A stretch of DNA of 62,635 bases from an uncultured Spirochaetia bacterium (GCA_964636885.1 CAZWVA010000001.1:52228-114862); one strand, 5' to 3'. Shown: positions 9,500 to 19,847, counted from the stretch's first letter. The notes: generated from the letters alone by a model not told the origin. Translations and numbers: made by a program.

Positions 9500-10759
9500 A
9501 TGAATAAAAAGAGACTTTACGTGGGAGTCTTGGTTTTCACACTTTTACTAACCGGATTTATCTACTTAAGAAAAGGGGATAATAGGGAAAAGTACATCAC
9601 TGCAAGGATTGAAAGGGGTAACATATCCGAGATCGTAACGGCTACCGGAACCCTAAGTGCCGTTACGACGGTTGAGGTTGGGAGTCAGATTACGGGAAAA
9701 ATCAAGGCCCTATATGCGGACTTTAACTCCCAGGTTAAGAAGGGACAGGTTGTTGCACAGATAGAGCCGGAGCCGTTTCAGGCCAAGGTAGACAGCGCAA
9801 AGGCGGATCTTGCCGCCGCAAAGGCCGCTGTAGCGATGAGCCGTGCGACCTTGGAAAAGGATAAGGTGAATTTGGAACAGGCAAGGAGAAACCTGAAACG
9901 CATAGAGGAGCTCTACAGAAAGGGAATCGTCTCTGAGAACGAGAGGGATTTGGCCCAGACGAACTACGATTCCGCGGTTGCACAGCTTAAGGCAGACGAG
10001 GCCTCCTACAGGAACGCCATTGCCCAGGTAGAACAAAGGAAGGCTAATCTAGAATCCGCCGAGCTGGACCTCAGCCACACAAAGATCGTCTCCCCTGTTG
10101 ACGGTATCGTAATATCAAGGGATGTCAATGTGGGGCAGACTGTTTCGGCAAGCCTTCAGGCTCCCACCCTCTTCGTAATTGCTGAGAACCTGACCAAGAT
10201 GCAGCTTGATGCAAGTGTTGTAGAAGCGGATATCGGAAAGGTTAGAGTTGGACAGAAGGTGAGTTTTACTGTGGATGCTTACCCGGATAGGACATTTACC
10301 GGGGAGGTTAGGCAGGTTAGAAACGCTCCCATTACACTTCAGAACGTGGTTACATACGACGTGATTATAGATGTTGAAAATACGGATTTAATACTTAAGC
10401 CTGGAATGACCGCCAATGTGTTTATTCTAACGGCGCAGAGGAATGACGTCCTAAAGATACCAAATGCGGCCTTTCGCTTCCGTCCGGATCTAGACGGGGA
10501 GAAGACGGATTCAGGCTACAGAACGGCAGCCGTCAACGAAGGATCCGGGGGTCATAGGGGAGAAAGCGGTGCCTACGTGTGGGTTCTCTCTAAGGACGGC
10601 AAACCAGTTGCCGAACCTGTAAAGACGGGTATCGCGGATTGGAATTTCACAGAGCTTATCGGTGGAAACCTGAAGGAGGGGGACTGGGTAATTACCGGCG
10701 TTTCATCAAAAGAAAGCCGTTCTTCCAGCGATAGGATACCTAGGAGAATCGGTTTTTAA
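9500..10759 (+). CDS. Periplasmic adaptor subunit (MacA-like membrane fusion protein)
   Basis: VGSQITGKI, ISPVDGIV, GQTVSASLQAPTLF, LKPGMTANV motifs. Confidence 0.9.
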   Translation: MNKKRLYVGVLVFTLLLTGFIYLRKGDNREKYITARIERGNISEIVTATGTLSAVTTVEVGSQITGKIKALYADFNSQVKKGQVVAQIEPEPFQAKVDSAKADLAAAKAAVAMSRATLEKDKVNLEQARRNLKRIEELYRKGIVSENERDLAQTNYDSAVAQLKADEASYRNAIAQVEQRKANLESAELDLSHTKIVSPVDGIVISRDVNVGQTVSASLQAPTLFVIAENLTKMQLDASVVEADIGKVRVGQKVSFTVDAYPDRTFTGEVRQVRNAPITLQNVVTYDVIIDVENTDLILKPGMTANVFILTAQRNDVLKIPNAAFRFRPDLDGEKTDSGYRTAAVNEGSGGHRGESGAYVWVLSKDGKPVAEPVKTGIADWNFTELIGGNLKEGDWVITGVSSKESRSSSDRIPRRIGF

Positions 10760-10773
10760 GGTTGGGTTGAGTC

Positions 10774-12099
10774 ATGATTACCTTAATATCCATGTCAGTT
10801 GGGCTCGCCTTTACTGAGCTTAGAAGGAACAAGATGCGCTCATTGCTCACGATGCTCGGCGTTATCATAGGGGTTGGTGCGGTGATTACTATGGTAAGCC
10901 TTGGTCAGGGGGCGAGTAGCTCCATTCAGGATGAGATATCTAGCCTCGGCACAAATATGATCCTCGTGCTTCCTGGAAGTACAACACAGGGAGGGGTGAG
11001 GGCCGGTTCTGGTACGGCTCAAACGCTTACCGTTGAAGATGCCAAGGCGATTGAGAAGCAAATCCCGGCCATTGGAGCGGTGACCTACTCGATACGCGAC
11101 GTCTCACAGGTGATATACGGAAACCAGAACTGGAGTACGGCCATATACGGGGTTACTCCCGAATACTTGATAATTCGTAATTGGGCTCTCGATGCGGGTT
11201 CTTTTTTTACGAAGCGCGATCTAGACAGGGCGGCCAATGTGGCAGTTCTCGGAAGGACGGTCGTTAAGAACCTATTCTTTCCCGGTGACTATCCGGTAGG
11301 CAAGATAATCCGCATAAAGAATTCGCCCTTTAGGGTTATCGGGGTGTTAAGACCGAAGGGCCAGAGCGCCTTCGGGACCGATCAGGACGACGTGGTACTC
11401 ATCCCATTTACAACGGCGGAGAGAAGGGTCTTTGGGGCGTTCCTTCCCGGAAGGATGGTGGGCACTGTAGGGCAATCCGGGGTTCAATTGGGGGGCCAAT
11501 CCGAATCCCAGTCGTTGAATCAATCGATGAAACTTCCGGGAAGGGTAGGAAGCATACAGGTTTCCACCGTGAGCGAGGAGGCGATCCAGGTTGTCATGGA
11601 GCAGATAAGGGATATCCTCCGAACCCGTCACAAACTCCAGCCGGGACAGGAGGACGACTTCACAATCAGGTCCTTGGAGGACATTGCCACGGCTGCAGAG
11701 GCTACAACAAGAACGCTCACTATACTCCTCCTCAGTATCGCCTCCATCTCCCTCATCGTGGGCGGTGTCGGGATTATGAACATAATGCTCGTTTCTGTTA
11801 CGGAGAGAACAAAGGAGATCGGAATCAGGATGGCGGTCGGTGCAAAGAGAAAGGACATACTCCTTCAGTTCTTGATTGAAACCCTGACCCTGAGTCTGAT
11901 AGGAGGGGTTATCGGTATTTTTATCGGGATCCTCAGCTCCGAGATTCTATCATTATCCGCGGGCTGGCCCACCTTGATTTCTGTAGAAGCCATTTTTCTT
12001 TCCTTTATCTTTGCGGCTATTGTGGGAGTGTTTTTTGGGTTTTATCCGGCAAACAAGGCGTCCAACCTTGACCCGATTGAGGCCCTGAGGCATGAGTGA
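10774..12099 (+). CDS. ABC transporter permease (MacB/FtsX-like), without nucleotide-binding domain
   Basis: RSLLTMLGVIIG, GIMNIMLVSVTERTKEIGIRMAVGA, LDPIEALRHE. Confidence 0.9.
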   Translation: MITLISMSVGLAFTELRRNKMRSLLTMLGVIIGVGAVITMVSLGQGASSSIQDEISSLGTNMILVLPGSTTQGGVRAGSGTAQTLTVEDAKAIEKQIPAIGAVTYSIRDVSQVIYGNQNWSTAIYGVTPEYLIIRNWALDAGSFFTKRDLDRAANVAVLGRTVVKNLFFPGDYPVGKIIRIKNSPFRVIGVLRPKGQSAFGTDQDDVVLIPFTTAERRVFGAFLPGRMVGTVGQSGVQLGGQSESQSLNQSMKLPGRVGSIQVSTVSEEAIQVVMEQIRDILRTRHKLQPGQEDDFTIRSLEDIATAAEATTRTLTILLLSIASISLIVGGVGIMNIMLVSVTERTKEIGIRMAVGAKRKDILLQFLIETLTLSLIGGVIGIFIGILSSEILSLSAGWPTLISVEAIFLSFIFAAIVGVFFGFYPANKASNLDPIEALRHE

Positions 12100-12138
12100 G
12101 TTCGGCATAATGGGGTTAATCTCAACCAGTTCCATTCA

Positions 12139-13428
12139 ATGCGACTAAACCTGATACTCCGTGCACTGTGTTATAGGAACTACCGTCTGTTCTTTGTCGG
12201 CCAGAGCGTCTCGCTTATCGGTACCTGGATAACGCAAATAGCAATGGGCTGGCTGGTGTATAGGTTAACCGACTCTGCACTGCTACTAGGAGTGGTTGGG
12301 TTTACGGGTCAAATCCCTATATTCCTTTTAACCCCCTTTGCCGGTGTCTTGGTTGATAGATGGAACCACCGTCGTATCCTGGTTATCACTCAAACGCTTT
12401 CAATGGTGCAGTCCCTGACTTTGGCGGTTCTTACTCTGGGCGGTGTTATTACCGTTTGGCATATAGTCCTATTGAGCCTATTTCAGGGTTTAATCGATGC
12501 CTTTGATATGCCCGTGCGCCAATCCTTCATAGTGGAGATGGTGGAGAATAGAGGCGATCTCGGAAACGCCATAGCTTTAAACTCATCTATGGTAAACGGT
12601 GCCCGTCTCCTCGGGCCTTCCGTAGCCGGGGTTTTGATAGCCACCGTGGGTGAAGGGATGTGTTTTCTCATTGACGGCATTAGTTATCTCGCTGTAATCG
12701 CGGCCTTATTGTCTATGAGGATCACGGTAAAGGAAGCAAAAACCGAGAATACACATGTCCTACGTGGTTTAAGGGAGGGATTCTCCTATGCCTTTGGCTT
12801 TGCACCCATAAGGTCCATCCTGCTCCTCGTTGGTTTGGCGAGTCTCGCTGGAAGGCCGTATCTGGTTCTAATGCCGGCCTTTGCCTCAGCCGTGCTCCAC
12901 GGGGGGCCTCACACCTTTGGTTTCCTTACCGGGGCTTTGTGGGGGGCGATCTATCTTGCATCGCGTAGAAGCGTTCGTGGGTTGGAAAGGGTGATAGCAA
13001 TTGCTACGGGTATATTTGGTGTTGGGCTCATTACTTTCTCTTTATCACGTGTTTTTTGGCTTTCTTTTCTACTGATGCTACTTACCGGTTTTGGTATGAT
13101 GTTACAGATGGCATCGAGTAACACGGTCTTACAGACCATAGTGGACGATGATAAACGCGGGCGAGTAATGAGCCTTTACTCGATGGCCTTTAGGGGTATG
13201 GAACCCTTTGGCAATCTGTTGGCCGGGGGACTAGCCAGTAGGATAGGCGTGTCGGACACCCTACTTATAGGGGGGATCCTCTGTATCGTGGGCTCTATAT
13301 TGTTTGCGAGAAGGCTCTCAGTGCTTAGAGAGATGGTTCGTCCGATCTACGTGAGAAAGGGTATCATTCCGGAGGTGACAAGTGGGATCCGGACGGCAAC
13401 TGGATTAAACGCTCGACCCGAGGGTTAA
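12139..13428 (+). CDS. MFS transporter (DHA3/transmembrane secretion effector-like)
   Basis: 12-TM pattern, GVLVDRWNHRRIL motif A, DDDKRGRVMS. Confidence 0.85.
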   Translation: MRLNLILRALCYRNYRLFFVGQSVSLIGTWITQIAMGWLVYRLTDSALLLGVVGFTGQIPIFLLTPFAGVLVDRWNHRRILVITQTLSMVQSLTLAVLTLGGVITVWHIVLLSLFQGLIDAFDMPVRQSFIVEMVENRGDLGNAIALNSSMVNGARLLGPSVAGVLIATVGEGMCFLIDGISYLAVIAALLSMRITVKEAKTENTHVLRGLREGFSYAFGFAPIRSILLLVGLASLAGRPYLVLMPAFASAVLHGGPHTFGFLTGALWGAIYLASRRSVRGLERVIAIATGIFGVGLITFSLSRVFWLSFLLMLLTGFGMMLQMASSNTVLQTIVDDDKRGRVMSLYSMAFRGMEPFGNLLAGGLASRIGVSDTLLIGGILCIVGSILFARRLSVLREMVRPIYVRKGIIPEVTSGIRTATGLNARPEG

Positions 13429-13474
13429 GGTATGAACGTCTGTATGGATACTTTGTCCCTCATTGTGGTCTTCT

Positions 13475-13528
13475 TTGACATCACGTTCAAAGTAGAGTAG
13501 TATAAAAGTAAGTAAGTGGTTACTTAAT
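13475..13528 (+). promoter_or_regulatory. sigma70 promoter and operator (13511-13528) of the tetR-RND operon
   Basis: TTGACA-17-TAGTAT followed by AGTAAGTGGTTACTTAAT (15/18 identical to the 9346 palindrome). Confidence 0.7.
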
Positions 13529-14152
13529 ATGGTGAAGATGTCGACTGAGAAGATAAAGGTAAACGCACGGGATAGGATACTAGAGACCGCTATCAGGCTC
13601 TTTTCTGAAAGGGGGTTTAACGGTACGACCACAAAGGAGATAGCGGAGGAGGCAGGCGTAAACGAGGCCCTCATATTCCGTTATTTCTCTACTAAGAGGG
13701 AACTCTACGGCGCGATTATAGAAAGAAAGATAGAGGAGGAACCGGGGATCGAGGTTCCGATTGAAACCTATAAGGAGACAAAAGACGACTGGCTCATTTT
13801 TAAATCCATAGCCCTCAGGATGTTCGATTGTGTGGAGAAGGATCCGACTTTCATGAGGCTCCTTTATTTTAGCGCCCTAGAGGGGCACGAGCTATCCGAT
13901 ATGTTTTTTGATACATATGTGGAGTACATAAACATGCTCCTTTCCGACTACATAGAGGGGCGTATATCCGAAGGGGCATTTAAGGGATTAAACCCACTTC
14001 TTGCGGCGCGCGCATTTATAGGGATGGTCGTAAATTACATAATAGTGCAAGAGCTCTTCGGTGAGAAGAAAAAGAAACGGGTTAATAAGGAAGAGGTAAC
14101 AGATACCTTTGTAGAGATCTTCCTTAATGGAATAAAAGAAAAGCAGCAGTAA
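13529..14152 (+). CDS. TetR/AcrR family transcriptional regulator
   Basis: N-terminal HTH: ILETAIRLFSERGFNGTTTKEIAEEAGVNEALIFRYF. Confidence 0.92.
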   Translation: MVKMSTEKIKVNARDRILETAIRLFSERGFNGTTTKEIAEEAGVNEALIFRYFSTKRELYGAIIERKIEEEPGIEVPIETYKETKDDWLIFKSIALRMFDCVEKDPTFMRLLYFSALEGHELSDMFFDTYVEYINMLLSDYIEGRISEGAFKGLNPLLAARAFIGMVVNYIIVQELFGEKKKKRVNKEEVTDTFVEIFLNGIKEKQQ

Positions 14153-14192
14153 TTCTAACACACTGCATATTACATGGGTTTCAGGAAAAACA

Positions 14193-15365
14193 ATGGATCT
14201 ATACTCCCCAATTAATCGGAAAACCCGGTATATCTCCTTACGCATCGGATGTTCGATTGGCCTAGTATCTCTAATCCTGTTTTTGGCGTGCTCTAGTGGA
14301 CACCCACAGCAATCGATACAACCCTCTGTACCCGTAAAGGTCACAACCGTTAGGGAGAGGGATGTGCCGGTTCAGATACATGCCATAGGGAACGTAGAGG
14401 CATACTCCACTGTATCTGTTAAAACCCAGGTCGCTGGTGAGCTCATAGGGGTCTATTTCAAGGAGGGTCAGGAGGTAAAAAAAGGAGACCTCCTATTCTT
14501 GATTGACCCGCGTCCTTTTGAGGCCGCACTCAAACAGGCCGAGGCCAATCTGGCAAAAGACGTGGCTCAGATGAAGAAGGCAGAGGTAGATGCCCGCCGT
14601 TACACTGACCTATTTAAAAAGGGTGTCGTCTCGAGTCAGGACTATGACCAGGTTCGCACCAACTACGAGACCCTTAAGGCTATTGTCAAGGCAGATGAGG
14701 CAGCGGTAAGGAACGCTAAGCTTGAGCTTGAATACTGCTATATACGCTCTCCCATAGACGGGCGAATCGGAAGGCTTATGGTTAACCAGGGTAATATCGT
14801 CAAGGAGAAGGAGACGGTACTTGTGGATATCAACCAGACTAAACCTATATACGTGGGTTTCTCTGTCCCGGAGCAGGAACTGCCTAGAATAAAGAGATAC
14901 ATGGCTCTAGAAGAATTGAGGGTGCAGGCGATTATCCCCAGTGACAAAGACCATCCCGTCACAGGGAAACTGAGCTTTATAAACAACGAGGTGGACACAA
15001 AGACTGGAACGATACTCCTTAAGGCGGTCTTTCCTAACCAAGATGAAACGCTCTGGCCTGGGCAGTTTGTAAATGCCGTTTTGACACTCACAACGCAAAA
15101 AAACGCTCTGGTGATCCCGTCTTCGGCGGTTCAAATGGGGCAGGAGGGGCAGTACGTTTTTGTAGTTAAGCCTGACCTTACAGTCGAATCACGTCCAGTG
15201 GTTGTAGGGGATAGCCTAGAGCAGTGGGTTGTGGTCTCAAAAGGACTCCGGCCTGGAGAGAGGGTTGTGACCGAGGGTCAGCTTTCTCTTGCCCCCGGTG
15301 CCAAGGTGGAGATTAAGAACGGGCCAGAGGGTGCATCCAAAGAGGCTCGAAACGGTACGGGTTAG
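14193..15365 (+). CDS. RND periplasmic adaptor subunit (MdtA-like)
   Basis: VKTQVAGEL, IRSPIDGRIG, LWPGQFVNA, L.PGERVVTEGQ motifs. Confidence 0.9.
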   Translation: MDLYSPINRKTRYISLRIGCSIGLVSLILFLACSSGHPQQSIQPSVPVKVTTVRERDVPVQIHAIGNVEAYSTVSVKTQVAGELIGVYFKEGQEVKKGDLLFLIDPRPFEAALKQAEANLAKDVAQMKKAEVDARRYTDLFKKGVVSSQDYDQVRTNYETLKAIVKADEAAVRNAKLELEYCYIRSPIDGRIGRLMVNQGNIVKEKETVLVDINQTKPIYVGFSVPEQELPRIKRYMALEELRVQAIIPSDKDHPVTGKLSFINNEVDTKTGTILLKAVFPNQDETLWPGQFVNAVLTLTTQKNALVIPSSAVQMGQEGQYVFVVKPDLTVESRPVVVGDSLEQWVVVSKGLRPGERVVTEGQLSLAPGAKVEIKNGPEGASKEARNGTG

Positions 15366-15390
15366 ATATGTAAGGGAGAAGATATGTCCC

Positions 15391-18300
15391 ATGAATATCT
15401 CAGAACTCTTTATCCGCCGCTTCGTTTCAACTACCCTGATTATGTTTGGCATCCTCCTTTTCGGTGTTATGGGATACAGGCTTCTACCTGTAAGCGACCT
15501 TCCGAATGTTGACTTTCCTACCCTTCTAGTAACCGCCAGCCTCCCAGGGGCGAGTCCCGAAACCATGGCTTCATCCGTTGCCACTCCCCTGGAACGGCAG
15601 TTCTCCACCATAGAGGGGCTAAGCTCCATGACCTCTGTTAGCTCCCTGGGCTCCACCCAGATTACGCTCCAGTTTGACCTCGACCGTGATCTCGATGCCG
15701 CTGCTCAGGACGTTCAAACGGCCATCGTTCAAGCCACACCTTTTCTCCCCCAGGATATGCCACAGCCTCCTACATACAAGAAGGTAAACCCTGCCGACCA
15801 GCCGATTCTATACATCGGTGTTACATCCCGGACGCTTCCCCTTTGGGAGCTCAACGAGTATGCGGATACGGTGATAGGCCAGCGCATCTCTATGGTGAAG
15901 AACGTTGCCCAGGTTCAGATCTTCGGTCCACAGAAGTATGCGGTTCGCGTACAACTCGATCCCCACGCCCTTGCCAGCCGAGGGATCGGGATTAACGATG
16001 TGGAAAGTGCTCTAAGGAGCGCCAACGTAAATCTACCAACGGGTACCCTCTACGGTTCCAACAAGGCGTTTACCGTCTTAGCAACCGGACAGCTCTATAA
16101 GGCCGATGCATATCGACCCATTATCGTGGCCTACCGTGACGGTTCTCCTGTGCGTCTTGAAGAGCTAGGGCGGGTAATAGACAGCGTTGAGACCGATAAG
16201 GCCGCAGCCTGGTATGTGGATCGGGAAGGGAGCCAGCGTGCCATAGTGCTCGCCGTACAGCGCCAACCGGGGACAAATACGGTTGAGGTAGCGGATTCCG
16301 TAAAAGGGCTACTCACTAAACTAAAACCCTATATCCCGCCTTCGGTTGAACTGCACATACTCTATGACCGCTCTAAATTCATACGCGAGTCGATTCGAGA
16401 CGTCCAGTTCACTATGGTTTTAACCCTCGTCCTTGTTGTCATGGTGATATTTCTATTCCTGCGGAATACATCTGCTACGGTGATCCCTAGCCTGGCTCTG
16501 CCTTTATCCATCATAGGCACCTTTTCGGTCATGTATATACTCGACTACAGTATGGACAACCTCTCGCTCATGGCTCTAATACTGGCGATTGGGTTCGTGG
16601 TGGATGACGCCATTGTAATGCTCGAAAACATAGTCCGTCATATGGAGATGGGGAAAAAGCCCTTTCAATCGGCGCTTGATGGATCCAGGGAGATAAGTTT
16701 TACCATTCTCTCCATGACCCTTTCCTTGGCTGCGGTGTTTATTCCTGTGCTCTTTATGGGAGGTGTTATTGGAAGACTCTTTCGTGAGTTCTCAGTTACG
16801 ATCTGTGTTGCGATCCTAATCTCCGGCTTTGTCTCTCTAACCCTTACTCCTATGCTCTGCAGTCGATTCCTGCGCCCTCCTTCTGAGGAAAGACACGGTC
16901 GCTTCTATGCTGTCACTGAGCGTTTCTTCGACCGTATGCTCAAGACCTATGAGTGGAGCCTGAGATGGGTTCTAAACCATCGTCTGGCTACTATGGTTGT
17001 TTCCGGGGTCATACTTGTGGTTACCGGATACCTTTATGTTAGGATTCCCAAGGGGTTTATCCCGAATGAGGATAGGAGCATAATCTTTGCCATTACCGAG
17101 GCACAGCAGGGAACCTCCTTTGACAAGATGGTCGAACTTCAAAAGGCCTTGGCCGATATCGCTCGCAAGGACCCGAACATAGTGGAATTCTATTCGAGCG
17201 TTGGCACCTCGAGTATCGCTACGAGTTCCAACCAGGGTGTCATGTTCTTCCATTTGAAACCCCCCTCGGAGCGTAGTTTAAGCGTGGAGGAGGTAATAGA
17301 GGAACTGCGTCCCAAGCTAGCTACGGTTCCTGGTATACGTGTCTTCATGCAAAACCCTCCCACGATCCGTATCGGAGGGCAATTGACAAAGAGCCTGTAC
17401 CAGTTCACCTTGCAGGCGCCAGACACAAAGGAGCTCTATCATTACGCTCCGATATTAGAGGCCAAGATGCGTGCACTTCCCGAGCTCCAGGACGTGACAA
17501 GTGACTTACAGATCAAGAACCCGCAGGTAAATGTCGTGATTCATAGGGACAAGGCGTCTACATACGGGGTCACGGCAGAGCAGATCGAAAACGCTCTCTA
17601 TGGTGCCTACGGCGACCGATGGGTCTCGACTATATACGCGCCAAATAACCAGTATAAGGTCATTATGGAGCTAGAGCCGCAATACCAAATGGACCCTGAT
17701 GCCATGTCCAAACTGTATATAAACTCATCCAATCAGCACCTGGTTCCATTAGATGCCGTAGCAACGCTTACCGAGAGTCTTGGGCCACAGACGATTAACC
17801 ACCTTGGACAGTTTCCCGCAGTTACTATTTCATTTAACCTCAAACAGGGGATCTCTCTCGGTGAGGCCGTGACGAAGGTTAACAAACTTGCGCGTGAAAC
17901 CCTGCCCACAACCATAAGTACCAGCTTTCAGGGTGCGGCCCAGGAGTTTCAATCGTCACTAAAGGGTATGGGACTCCTCCTCCTCTTTGCCATTCTGGTT
18001 ATCTATATGGTGCTTGGAATCCTCTATGAGAGCTTTATCCATCCTCTAACCATTCTATCTGGACTCCCTTCTGCGGGATTCGGGGCTCTCATCACACTTC
18101 TTCTCTTTCGCGCCGAGCTTAACATATACGGCTTTGTGGGTTTAATCATGCTTATAGGAATCGTAAAGAAGAACGCCATAATGCAGATCGACTTCGCACT
18201 GGAGGCCCAGAGAAATGAGGGTAAGAGCCCACTCGATGCGATCTACCAGGGCTGTATCATCCGGTTTCGTCCCATAATGATGACGACCATGGCGGCCCTA

Positions 18301-18576
18301 TTCGGGGCCTTGCCAATCGCGATCGGCTTTGGAGCCGGAGGGGAAGGGCGCCGTCCACTCGGCCTTGCCGTGGTAGGTGGACTACTCTTTTCGCAACTAA
18401 TCACCCTTTATCTTACCCCGGTTGTCTATACGTATATGGATACTTTCCAAGAAAGGATCCAAAAACTCTTCTCTTCAAGGAGAAGAGCGGCAAGAAAGGT
18501 TACCTCCATCTCATTTGACGGGGCCTCCGAGGAACGTCCTCCGGGTGTATCGCCTCCCAGGGGAAGATCGAAGTGA
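15391..18576 (+). CDS. RND efflux permease (MdtB/MdtC-like, AcrB family); likely start ATG at 15391
   Basis: MNISELFIRR, GASPETMASSVATPLERQF, GFVVDDAIVMLENI, GIVKKNAIMQIDF, RFRPIMMTT. Confidence 0.92.
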   Translation: MNISELFIRRFVSTTLIMFGILLFGVMGYRLLPVSDLPNVDFPTLLVTASLPGASPETMASSVATPLERQFSTIEGLSSMTSVSSLGSTQITLQFDLDRDLDAAAQDVQTAIVQATPFLPQDMPQPPTYKKVNPADQPILYIGVTSRTLPLWELNEYADTVIGQRISMVKNVAQVQIFGPQKYAVRVQLDPHALASRGIGINDVESALRSANVNLPTGTLYGSNKAFTVLATGQLYKADAYRPIIVAYRDGSPVRLEELGRVIDSVETDKAAAWYVDREGSQRAIVLAVQRQPGTNTVEVADSVKGLLTKLKPYIPPSVELHILYDRSKFIRESIRDVQFTMVLTLVLVVMVIFLFLRNTSATVIPSLALPLSIIGTFSVMYILDYSMDNLSLMALILAIGFVVDDAIVMLENIVRHMEMGKKPFQSALDGSREISFTILSMTLSLAAVFIPVLFMGGVIGRLFREFSVTICVAILISGFVSLTLTPMLCSRFLRPPSEERHGRFYAVTERFFDRMLKTYEWSLRWVLNHRLATMVVSGVILVVTGYLYVRIPKGFIPNEDRSIIFAITEAQQGTSFDKMVELQKALADIARKDPNIVEFYSSVGTSSIATSSNQGVMFFHLKPPSERSLSVEEVIEELRPKLATVPGIRVFMQNPPTIRIGGQLTKSLYQFTLQAPDTKELYHYAPILEAKMRALPELQDVTSDLQIKNPQVNVVIHRDKASTYGVTAEQIENALYGAYGDRWVSTIYAPNNQYKVIMELEPQYQMDPDAMSKLYINSSNQHLVPLDAVATLTESLGPQTINHLGQFPAVTISFNLKQGISLGEAVTKVNKLARETLPTTISTSFQGAAQEFQSSLKGMGLLLLFAILVIYMVLGILYESFIHPLTILSGLPSAGFGALITLLLFRAELNIYGFVGLIMLIGIVKKNAIMQIDFALEAQRNEGKSPLDAIYQGCIIRFRPIMMTTMAALFGALPIAIGFGAGGEGRRPLGLAVVGGLLFSQLITLYLTPVVYTYMDTFQERIQKLFSSRRRAARKVTSISFDGASEERPPGVSPPRGRSK

Positions 18577-18627
18577 ATGCTTTCATGAAAATCCCACACT
18601 CTTCAGTAAAAGGACATATGATCTAAG

Positions 18628-19485
18628 ATGGAATCGAGAGGATACAGAGAAGCCGGATTTGGAATCGCCAGGGATGGTTTTATAGAGGTTAACGGTTTAA
18701 AACTCCATTATATCGACTGGGGGGATCACGGGAAACCCACCATCCTCCTTCTACACGGGGCGTGCGCCCATGCGCACTGGTGGGATTTCTTTGCCCTTTC
18801 CCTTTATGAGGACTATCGCGTAATAGCCCTCGATCAGCGCGGGCACGGCGACAGTGAGTGGGCAAGTCCACCCGCTTACCGGACCCTCGACTACGTAGGT
18901 GATATAGGTGGGGTTATAGAAGGACTTGGACTAAGAGATGTCTTCCTCATAGGCCACTCGATGGGCGGACATAACAGCATGGTCTATGGGGGTATAAGCG
19001 GGTCAAGGAGACTCAGGGGCTTAGTCGTGGTGGATTCGCTTGCCTACGTGAACCTTGAGGAAGAGGATTTCTATAAGAGGCTAAAGGAGAGACCGCTTCC
19101 AATATACAATACGCTGGAGGAGGCGATAGAGAGGTTCAGGCTCGTTCCGGAAGAGACCCTTGCATCCGAGGATACGCTTAGGCATATCGCCTATCATTCG
19201 GTTAAGAGGTTGCCCGGCGGCAAGTGGGCGCTTAAGTTCGATAAGAACGCATTCCTCCTCTGGTCTCCACTGGATGCAAGGGACTATGTCGGCAATATAA
19301 GGTGCCCCGTGCTCTTTATAAGGGGAGAAAAGAGCCCCGTGGTCTCAAGGGAGCACGTCGAGGAGATAGTAGGGCTGTGTCGAAGTGGTAGCCTTAGGGA
19401 GATAAGTATGGCCTATCATCACGTTTTCCTCGATAACGAGGCAGAGTTTAAGTTTGTGGTAGAAGACTTCCTCCGTAGCCTTTAG
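18628..19485 (+). CDS. Alpha/beta fold hydrolase
   Basis: LLHG, DQRGHGDS, GHSMGG nucleophile elbow, C-terminal HH. Confidence 0.88.
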   Translation: MESRGYREAGFGIARDGFIEVNGLKLHYIDWGDHGKPTILLLHGACAHAHWWDFFALSLYEDYRVIALDQRGHGDSEWASPPAYRTLDYVGDIGGVIEGLGLRDVFLIGHSMGGHNSMVYGGISGSRRLRGLVVVDSLAYVNLEEEDFYKRLKERPLPIYNTLEEAIERFRLVPEETLASEDTLRHIAYHSVKRLPGGKWALKFDKNAFLLWSPLDARDYVGNIRCPVLFIRGEKSPVVSREHVEEIVGLCRSGSLREISMAYHHVFLDNEAEFKFVVEDFLRSL

Positions 19486-19537
19486 GTCGTGAGTAATGTT
19501 ATATGGAGTTTAAAACAATTCAACAACTATCAAAAAT

Positions 19538-19700
19538 TTAGATTCGGTCTTTGATTGTACTCCAGGTAATTGAAGGTCTCATTTTTTCCCGGCACAGTCT
19601 CTTAAGAATAGATCAATTAACTCTTTGATAAGGAATGTCCATTTCTGCAGCAAGCCTCTTAAAGTAATCAATCGTCTCGTAATTTGCTTTTTTGAGTTTT
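19538..19700 (-). pseudogene. Frameshifted BrnA/CopG-like antitoxin remnant
   Basis: Minus strand reads ETIDYFKRLAAEMDIPYQR then, after a frameshift, LIDLFLRDCAGKKMRPSITW. Confidence 0.55.
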
Positions 19701-19718
19701 TTAGTATAGGGGTTTTAT

Positions 19719-19740
19719 GGCGGTTCGTGAACCGCCCTAC
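19719..19740. repeat. GTAG-family REP palindrome (partial)
   Basis: GGCGGTTCGTGAACCGCCCTAC. Confidence 0.65.
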
Positions 19741-19847
19741 GATTTATTGATTTGACTTGTGCAAGGAGTCGGATAGATTCTATTCCCTGTGATTCATTCC
19801 ATGATTTAAAGGGTCTTAAAAGGGCTCTATAAAGGAGGGATTTAGAG

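Noticed and set aside
15289-15390. N-terminal extension of the RND permease
   Set aside because: Overlaps the adaptor gene; family-typical start is MNISELFIRR at 15391
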